In this document: piece by piece, positions 1 to 5,670 of the stretch
How the letters are laid out: the number at the start of each line of letters is the position of its first letter
How positions within the stretch are numbered: the stretch's first letter is position 1
Assembly: GCA_018985225.1 (NCBI GenBank)
Contig: JADGIF010000636.1
Span: 1 to 5,670, forward strand
Origin: Amoeboradix gromovi X-113
Lineage: Eukaryota > Fungi > Sanchytriomycota
DNA: 5,670 nt
Reading direction: 5' to 3'
The notes under the pieces: model-generated
What the model was told of the DNA's origin: nothing
The model's input: only the letters and a program-made list of their open reading frames with translations
Databases searched by the model: none
Translations under genes and position numbers: made by a program

Positions 1-31
1 AATCAGGAATTTTAACGAGGAGTAGGGTCAT
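1..31 (-). CDS. Possible 5' end of a divergent gene running off the window (MTLLLVKIPD...)
   Basis: Minus-strand ATG at 31-29 is open to the window edge. It is preceded by TTTTGCAA-A, the same pre-ATG motif as RPS10, the Ugo1-like gene and RPN9. An alternative in-frame ATG lies at 43. Only 10 codons are visible. Confidence 0.3.
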   Translation of the reverse strand, partial: MTLLLVKIPD

Positions 32-261
32 TTTGCAAAACATAATGATAGTATCGTGTCACTTTATTTCATTCGTCCATAACTAGTAATTCAAATCTTT
101 AGGATGGGAAAATTCTTGAAAGGGTTCTCAAATATGGAAACTGGTAAAATAAGAAATGTCCCTTGCAACAAAATTCCGAAATTTGCAATAAACGTGTTTT
201 GTGGGAAACCAGATTTCTAAATACACGATAACTCTCGCAGCAAACTACTTAATTTTACAAG

Positions 262-651
262 ATGGGTATGTTTATTAGAAAAGAAAATAGAAAGAAGATC
301 TACGAATATTTGTTCAGAGAAGGTGTATTGGTTGCAAAGAAGGATTACAATGCAAAAAAACATATGGAACTAGATGTCCGTAATTTGGAAGTTATTAAAG
401 CATTACAGTCCTTAGATAGTCGAGGATTTGTGCGCACTCAATTTAGCTGGCAATATTATTATTACGTGTTAACTGATGCTGGTATTGAATATCTCAGGGA
501 ATACTTACATCTGCCAGAAGACGTGAGCCCAAACACATTAAAGGTGACTGTTAGAACAACAGTAGCATCTGCCCAACAAAAAGAAACTTCCAAAGAAAAA
601 GAAGATGGTACTGAATTTAAACCTGACTTTAAAGGATACGGAAAAAAATAA
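262..651 (+). CDS. RPS10: 40S ribosomal protein eS10 (S10_plectin domain), 129 aa
   Basis: Hallmark eS10 segments: [60 protein letters not shown], and a C-terminal EFKPDFKG-like tail. Start is ATG 262 or ATG 268 (MFIRKENR matches the canonical ML(I/M)PK.NR). Confidence 0.97.
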   Translation: MGMFIRKENRKKIYEYLFREGVLVAKKDYNAKKHMELDVRNLEVIKALQSLDSRGFVRTQFSWQYYYYVLTDAGIEYLREYLHLPEDVSPNTLKVTVRTTVASAQQKETSKEKEDGTEFKPDFKGYGKK

Positions 652-792
652 ATCAACTGCGTATGCAATTCCTTATTTAATGACTCATCGTAACGGCATC
701 TTTGCTACTTTTCTTAGCAGATGGAGGTCTGTACCCGAACACTTCCACTTTTTTGAAACTTTTGTTTGGAAAGTTTGTCTAGATTTTGCAGA

Positions 793-1821
793 ATGTCCCA
801 GATGGAGGTTAGTTACGAATATGAACTTTCTTACTTGCTGGCTTTCAAATACCTGAACACGGTTATATTCCATCCGTTTCATTTATCCAAGACGCTTATG
901 CAGCTGAACTACCGTCCTGTGCCAATATCACCAAAAGTACCTCGCAAGCTAGACTTTGACACATATCTGCATGAAAAGAACGTTACGCCTGTAGTAGGCA
1001 GTGTGAAGAGAGATGGGGATGGCTATGCATACACTCCATACCATGGAAGCATTTTAATGACTTGCAGACAACAGATCAAGGATCATGGTATTCTCAGTCT
1101 GTACAGTGGCCATCTGGCATTCTACTATATATCACTGGCAGACGCTCTGGTTCGTCCATTGATCGAGTCCTTGATAGCAGAGTACTTAGGAATTGATGAA
1201 TTTGATCCTACCTGGGCCATGACATTTATCAAGCTAGCTGCCCATTTTGCAACTAGCCTAATTACCCTCCCACTTGATATACTGAATACTCGTCAGATAG
1301 CGCAGCACCCAAAGCAAGAAACCTATATCACTACTACCCAGGGATTAAAAAAGATCAGCACTTGGTACACACAAAGCTTAGTAACCACATATTCAATAAA
1401 TTCGACAGTACCTTTTGTGCTTCACAAACTCAGCACCTTTGTCAGCCATCTATGGTTCGACCCTATCGAAAAGCCGATTCGATTCTCATTGCTAGAGTTC
1501 ATACTTAACGCCAGCGGAATGCTTATTGAGCTTCCACTAGAGGCTATTTGTAAAAGGCAGCTCGCAAAAGACAAGGTTGCTTATCCAACACGAGTTCCAC
1601 TTTGTGACCCTGCTGATATATATGATGGATTTAATATTCTATACGAAGAAACTTGTTTTGGAGTACTGCCAAAAAGTAAAAAGGAGACCATCATAGTTTA
1701 CTTGAAAATGTGCAGAGGATGGGGAATGCACTTGATGGTTAACGGATTGATATTTATCAGTCACGTAGTTATGGCATTAGATGAAAAGGTCGAGCTGATC
1801 GAGGAACCCATTGGTATGTAA
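793..1821 (+). CDS. Divergent mitochondrial carrier family protein, Ugo1/SLC25A46-like (outer-membrane fusion factor), 342 aa
   Basis: Three degenerate carrier signatures Px[DE]xx[KR]x[RK]: HPFHLSKTLMQ, LPLDILNTRQIAQ, LPLEAICKRQLA. Also GILSLYSG and CRGW, resembling G...LY/WRG. The insertion after motif 1 fits Ugo1/SLC25A46. The track start at 766 is TTG; the first in-frame ATG is 793. Confidence 0.75.
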   Translation: MSQMEVSYEYELSYLLAFKYLNTVIFHPFHLSKTLMQLNYRPVPISPKVPRKLDFDTYLHEKNVTPVVGSVKRDGDGYAYTPYHGSILMTCRQQIKDHGILSLYSGHLAFYYISLADALVRPLIESLIAEYLGIDEFDPTWAMTFIKLAAHFATSLITLPLDILNTRQIAQHPKQETYITTTQGLKKISTWYTQSLVTTYSINSTVPFVLHKLSTFVSHLWFDPIEKPIRFSLLEFILNASGMLIELPLEAICKRQLAKDKVAYPTRVPLCDPADIYDGFNILYEETCFGVLPKSKKETIIVYLKMCRGWGMHLMVNGLIFISHVVMALDEKVELIEEPIGM

Positions 1822-1899
1822 GCGTAATTTTTAAGACTTTTGAGGTAAATTTGTCCAATAAATATTATGCATAGAAATTTTACAGCTAGTTCCGCAACT

Positions 1900-1904
1900 A
1901 AAAA
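1900..1904 (-). terminator. Probable RNA Pol III terminator (T5) for tRNA-Ser
   Basis: AAAAA on + reads TTTTT on -. It is the first run of 4 or more T after the tRNA 3' end, about 25 nt downstream. Confidence 0.5.
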
Positions 1905-1929
1905 CCTTCCACTTATTGAAACTAATAAA

Positions 1930-2011
1930 CGACGGCTGCAGGATTTGAACCTGCGCTCCCGAAGGAATTAGATTTCAAGTCTAACGCAGTAGACCACTGT
2001 GCCAAGCCGTC
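1930..2011 (-). tRNA. tRNA-Ser, anticodon UGA, intronless, 82 nt
   Basis: Reverse complement GACGGCTTGGCACAGTGGTCTACTGCGTTAGACTTGAAATCTAATTCCTTCGGGAGCGCAGGTTCAAATCCTGCAGCCGTCG. Acceptor GACGGCT/AGCCGTC, discriminator G, anticodon stem TTAGA/TCTAA with loop CT-TGA-AA, long variable arm TCC-TTCG-GGA, T arm GCAGG-TTCAAAT-CCTGC. A box TGGCACAGTGG, B box GGTTCAAATCC. No encoded CCA. Confidence 0.97.
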
Positions 2012-2034
2012 ACAATATCCATCTGTGCTATTGC

Positions 2035-2040
2035 TTTATA
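2035..2040 (-). promoter_or_regulatory. TATA box upstream of tRNA-Ser
   Basis: TATAAA on the minus strand, 24-29 nt upstream of the mature tRNA 5' end (2011), where TBP/TFIIIB is expected to bind. Confidence 0.5.
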
Positions 2041-2210
2041 AAAGAAAGAATCCTAGCTCTGTAAACTTCGGAAATGTGTTTCAGTTGGGTTACCTTAAAA
2101 TTCAACACCGATCTGGGCTGCCATGGGATTCTGAAATTCAACGTGATTGAGCTAGCATCACTCTGATTAGCAAATAGCAGACAGGTCTTGCACATGCTTG
2201 TTAGCTATTG

Positions 2211-2252
2211 ATTGGACGTTTTAATCTACTGTACCTAACCAAGAAGTATATA
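2211..2252 (+). promoter_or_regulatory. Candidate core promoter of the zinc-finger gene: reverse CCAAT (ATTGG 2211-2215) and TATATA (2247-2252)
   Basis: Motif match and spacing relative to ATG 2275 only. Confidence 0.3.
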
Positions 2253-2274
2253 TTGAGGAATACCCTGCCACTCC

Positions 2275-2598
2275 ATGATAATCTCGGATGATTCGAACGT
2301 ATGCCTATGGGAAGACTGCGGCATGTCCTTCGCATCATCCAAAGAATGTTTCGAGCACGTTAAACGTAACCACATACCAACACGAGCCCAAGTTTGCAAA
2401 TGGAATAACTGTAATAAAACTTCTTCTGTTAGAAGTAACCTTATATCCCACCTGCGAAAACATATCCCAATGAACATTGAAACCTGTTACTTGTGTAATC
2501 GCCCGTTTAAAAGGAAAGGAGACTTTATACGGCACAACAAAAATCATACCGAGGTAGATCAGCAATTTAATGCAATAGCTAAACTGCTTTTCAAGTAA
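2275..2598 (+). CDS. Three-finger C2H2 zinc-finger protein with tandem CWCH2 fingers, PacC/Rim101-like DNA-binding domain, 107 aa
   Basis: F1 CLWEDC...F......EHVKRNH; F2 CKWNNC...R.NLISHLRKH; linker IP; F3 CYLC.RPFKR..DFIRH.K.H. Layout parallels PacC (C.W..C / C.W..C..T..KRDHITSHIRVHVP / C..CGK.FKRPQDLKKH.K.H). An in-frame TGA at 2254 lies upstream of the ATG. Confidence 0.85.
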   Translation: MIISDDSNVCLWEDCGMSFASSKECFEHVKRNHIPTRAQVCKWNNCNKTSSVRSNLISHLRKHIPMNIETCYLCNRPFKRKGDFIRHNKNHTEVDQQFNAIAKLLFK

Positions 2599-2623
2599 AC
2601 AAGATCTGATTTATTTGAATTAC

Positions 2624-3678
2624 TTACGGCTCAATTTCTATAATTGAAATTTGTTTTTGCCATGATTTCAATTTCTCAATGTATTCTCCAACATCTTTTC
2701 TATCCAGCACTTGCGGATAAATCTTATCCACATATACTACCTGCTCTACCTGATCCAACTTACCCTTTAACAGGCCCTGAGCCATTAATCTCATCAACTG
2801 CACTTCCAAGTCCGGCACTCGAGCATGCTGTTGCAATGCAGAAAATGAAATTTTTTTCTGATTGATTTTGAATAAAATAGCTAAAACAGTCATCAAGTAG
2901 AATTTGCGAGTTAAAGAGTCTAAATGAGCAACGAGTGTTGGCTAAATTAGTATTAACTTACAGATTGTTGGATTTGAGGCTTCAATTGCTCAAACACGGT
3001 TAGCTGACCTTGTTGAGCAGCCACAATTAGCTGGTGAAGCCACTCATCTACCTGTTTAAATACCGGGTGTTGTATCAAATCACCAAATCTATAAATGTTG
3101 CCCAACAAGGCAGCAATGCTCATGTCCATGCCGCGGCGTTTAGATTCTTCATTTGGGAGGTTGGAAGCATACTTGAGGTATTCGAAGCTGGTGGTATAAT
3201 ACAGTTCAAACTCGCCTTTGAGCTGATACCAATCTGATTTTACTTTGTAGTACTGCGCATTAACAACCACTTCAAGCGAAGTTACCTTAGACATCTCTAT
3301 TTCAGCTTGCTTCAACAGAGTATCAGCAGTAGCGTAATCCTGAATAACGCAATTGTAATGCACTACCTGGAGCTTTAAAAAAATAAACGCTTGGATTTTT
3401 AAACAAGTCCATTTCTTGTAGTCATCTTCAGTTGGAGTAAACTTCACGACCAATTCATTTAAAAATACAAGAGCTTCAGGAACTGTTTTTAATTGAGCAG
3501 TCATTGTAGCTAATTTGGCCAATTTTAGAGGATGCACATGTTGCTCAATAGGTTTAAGATAGGTAGCATATACTGCAGGCAGCTGCGCTTGAAATTTGTC
3601 GTCAGATAATCTGCTAATTATCAATTCAGTCAACTGATGATATAGCTTTTTATTCAACAAGTTTTGCAAATCTTGCAT
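2624..3678 (-). CDS. RPN9: 26S proteasome lid subunit Rpn9/PSMD13; exons 3678-2962 and 2941-2624, 344 aa
   Basis: N-terminal KKLYHQLT (canonical KKLWHQLT), then PLKL, YYTTSFEYL, SIAALLG.IYRFGDLIQHPV. Spliced exon 2 supplies the PCI domain: PTL..HL..LTRKFYLMTV, ISFSAL, VQLMRLMAQGLLKGKLDQVEQVVYV..IYPQVLD, KLKSW. The track ORFs 2953..3717 and 2624..2896 are the two halves; the first ATG is 3678. Confidence 0.93.
2942..2961 (-). other. 20-nt spliceosomal intron in RPN9 (GTAAGTTAATACTAATTTAG), phase 0
   Basis: GTAAGT donor, TACTAAT branch-like motif, TAG acceptor. Removal joins ...QQS|PTLVAHLDSLTRKFYLM... in frame with the PCI exon. Unspliced, the frame stops at TAA inside the intron. Confidence 0.92.
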
Positions 3679-4205
3679 CGTTACAAAAATAAACTGAAAA
3701 TAGAAAAGGATTACCAACAGCTGTTACTAACTACAGACGCTTTCAATATTCCAAAATTATAATTATGATGAGTTGTTGTGTGTGCTATATCTTAGATATA
3801 AAGACCACTATAACAACTTGAAAATTCTTACGAGCACAAATCACATCATCTAGAGATTGGGCAAGTAATTGTATTATCATTGCTCCTCTGCAGGTTCAAT
3901 CACCTTCTGTATGTGATATTCTCAGGATTGAATTCCGGCAAAAATAGTATTCGATTTTAATGAAGTGTATCATGTATCATAATTACACGAGCTGCGCCGC
4001 TATAACACGCTTTTTATACTTTCCTATCTGCATAAAAACTAGATGGTCTTGCTTATAATCAACTGCAAAGCGACTAAAATTTTTAGTTTCTCTAAGAATC
4101 CAGCATTATTAACTTCCTTTAAATGTCTTTTGCGCTCTCACCAGGCTTTCTTCGTATTTTGTCTCTTCTTCCAGTCAAAAATAGGCCAATTTGTTGGGGG
4201 CTTGA

Positions 4206-5152
4206 ATGTCAAAGCGAGAGACGATAGTAGAATTAATAAATATTCACAAGACATATTTGCTTGGAATAGAGGGGGTCCCTGCCTTGCGTGGTATAAATTT
4301 AAAGGTATCCCGTGGAGACTGGCTAATCATTTATGGTAACAGTGGAGGTGGAAAATCAAGTTTGTTAAATTGTATTGGAACCATAGATAGACCAACAAAG
4401 GGAGAGTTGAAGATCTGCAATACCGTAATCAATTCTGCTACAAAAGATGAAGTCCTAGCCTATTTAAGACTAGAAAAGATGGGATTTGTATTCCAAACTT
4501 TTAATTTGTTGGGAAACATGACAGCTATTGAGAACGTTATGCTTCCAATGGAGTTGAAAGGCACTCTCAATCCTAAAGAGAGATTTTCAGTAGCTTCTGG
4601 TTTATTAAAGTCAATGGGACTTGGTCAGCGATTTAATCATTATCCTAATCAAATGAGTGGAGGTGAAATGCAGAGAACAACTATAGCCCGAGCGATAAGT
4701 AACGATCCCCAGCTACTACTTCTTGATGAGCCTACCGGGGATCTGGATATCACCAATAGTCTGAAAGTGCTAGACCTTTTAGTTAAGCTTAACCAGGAGA
4801 AAAACATGACAATGATTATGGTTACTCATGATGTTTATTTGAAGAACTTTGCAACCAAAGTGATAACCCTAAGGGACGGCAAAATATCGAAAGAAGAGGA
4901 AATATCACAAGAGCAACGAGATGCAGCAATTTTTGAGTTGAGAGAGAAGCTTGAAGATGTAAATTGTTATTAATATAGCCTAAACACTCTAGTCTAAAAC
5001 CAGAAACCTTTATTAACCTAATACCTGGTAAGTTGAAGACAGAAGAGAGATTACCTACTGATTACCCTACCTACTCGAAAAATATAGCAGATTTGTTGCA
5101 GAAGATTAAAGAGACTAACAATAGTATAAAAGTGGCTCAAATTCAACAATAA
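4206..5152 (+). CDS. Stand-alone ABC ATP-binding protein, LolD/MacB/MJ0796-type; exons 4206-4958 and 4979-5152, 308 aa
   Basis: HKTYLLG..GVPALRGINL, Walker A GNSGGGKS, IGTIDRPTKG, Q-loop GFVFQTFNLL, signature PNQMSGGEMQR, Walker B/D-loop LLLLDEPTGDLD, H-loop MVTHD. No transmembrane segments. The ATPase call is near certain; the second exon is inferred. Confidence 0.9.
4959..4978 (+). other. 20-nt spliceosomal intron in the ABC ATPase gene (GTAAATTGTTATTAATATAG), phase 0
   Basis: GT-AG, same length as the RPN9 intron and 15/20 identical to it. Removal opens 57 more codons (PKHSSLKPETF...TEERLPTDYPTY...AQIQQ) ending at a TAA inside AATAAA. Confidence 0.82.
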
Positions 5153-5610
5153 ACAGCATTTACTTTACGTCTTTATTGTGACTTCTTCCAGACTTTTCAT
5201 AATAACCTTGTTTTGCATGCTTGCTTATATAGCCGTCACAGTCTTAATTGTAAAAGCAGCGTAGGTATGCTGGTCAAGAAGAATAGCAGTGTCGCAAAGG
5301 TGACAGTATTTAATTTACCTCTTGTTATTCGACTCCAAATGTTTCCAGTAAACATCTTTTTCTTTTATTGATCATCTTTCTAAATGCTGGACATCGAATT
5401 CCTATCTTCTTTGGAATATCTTCTAAATTCCCCTTATCGAAAATCTAGATGCGCAAATACTTATATAATGACTGCATATTTACTTTAAACTCTTTTCAAG
5501 TAATCTAATGGACTAGGTGCTTCAGATTTGAAATGAAAAGATCAAGCACTTGAATTTCCCATATTTGCAATGAAAAATTTTCACAAAATTTTATCTACAA
5601 TGATAATTTA

Positions 5611-5670
5611 TTAAAACAGCTCGATTGTTTTCTTGAATAAATCATTTATCGCGAATTTGTATGCATTTTT
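5611..5670 (-). CDS. Probable 3' end of a gene entering from the right edge (...KNAYKFAINDLFKKTIELF*)
   Basis: Frame is open from 5670 to TAA at 5613-5611, and the stop overlaps AATAAA (5612-5607) as in other genes here. Only 19 codons; product unidentifiable. Confidence 0.45.
   Translation of the reverse strand, partial: KNAYKFAINDLFKKTIELF

Noticed and set aside
86-220. 17-nt GT-AG segment (86-102) and a 38-aa + strand ORF (104-220)
   Set aside because: Splicing creates TAG in the one upstream frame still open. The ORF has no recognisable features and lies in the likely RPS10 promoter.
773-791. 19-nt GT-AG segment (GTTTGTCTAGATTTTGCAG) just before the Ugo1-like ATG
   Set aside because: No branch motif, and splicing does not put the upstream ATG-680 frame in phase with the CDS.
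462-882. Track ORFs 462..668(-), 605..856(+), 685..882(-)
   Set aside because: Shadow frames overlapping RPS10 or the Ugo1-like gene, with no motifs.
2001-2006. PacC consensus GCCAAG upstream of the PacC-like gene
   Set aside because: It lies inside the tRNA gene (acceptor stem and A box) and is explained by tRNA constraints.
1930-2011. tRNA-Sec or UGA suppressor
   Set aside because: The anticodon is 5'-UGA-3' (reads UCA, Ser), not UCA. The acceptor (7 bp) and T stem (5 bp) are canonical.
2606-2627. Possible third tiny intron (22 nt, GTAAGTAATTCAAATAAATCAG, -) overlapping the RPN9 stop
   Set aside because: It lacks the TAYTAAT branch motif and contains the likely AATAAA signal. Splicing would extend Rpn9 about 90 codons antisense through the zinc-finger gene. 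Junction reads could still test it.
2235-3237. Track ORFs 2235..2477(-), 2288..2473(+), 2335..2565(-), 2644..2865(+), 3034..3237(+)
   Set aside because: Antisense or alternate-frame shadows of the zinc-finger and RPN9 genes.
3899-3956. Minus-strand peptide NRILFLPEFNPENITYRR, faintly like the Tc1/IS630 LP..SPELNPIE motif
   Set aside because: Too short and gapped, with no terminal repeats or other DDE motifs.
4039-4254. Minus-strand 72-codon frame with one internal TGA (4140-4138): selenoprotein or readthrough candidate
   Set aside because: It overlaps the ABC start antisense, has no redox motif or recognisable family, and I identified no SECIS.
4043-4339. 98-aa + strand ORF overlapping the ABC start out of frame
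   Set aside because: No recognisable domain and no intron linking it to the ABC frame. At most an overlapping uORF.
4206-4973. Bacterial contamination or operon suggested by the LolD-like gene
   Set aside because: It is contiguous with eukaryotic genes, similar in composition, carries a host-type intron and has no adjacent permease.
262-5152. Non-standard code with TAA/TAG = Gln (as in ciliates or Amoeboaphelidium protococcarum) explaining the broken ORFs
   Set aside because: The RPN9 halves are in different frames, so readthrough cannot join them. Long exons have no internal TAA/TAG, and TAA falls at the expected C-termini.

Overview
A gene-dense, AT-rich eukaryotic nuclear window using the standard code, with every called gene ending in TAA. 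The gene set (fungal-type RPS10, a Ugo1-like carrier, a PacC-like zinc finger) suggests a compact-genome early-diverging fungus or holomycotan; this is an inference. Gene order: possible 5' fragment of a divergent gene (-), RPS10 (+), Ugo1/SLC25A46-like mitochondrial carrier (+), tRNA-Ser(UGA) (-), a 107-aa PacC/Rim101-like three-finger C2H2 protein (+), proteasome lid subunit Rpn9/PSMD13 (-, two exons), a stand-alone LolD/MacB-type ABC ATPase (+, two exons), and a probable 3' end of another gene (-). The main finding is that both split genes are repaired by an intron of exactly 20 nt. The two introns match at 15 of 20 positions (GTAARTTRWTAYTAATWTAG), are phase 0 and contain a stop, which suggests an ultra-short, possibly fixed-length spliceosomal intron system. 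Other compaction signals: AATAAA overlapping stop codons, a TTTTRYAR motif directly before several ATGs, and a 25-bp gap between convergent genes.
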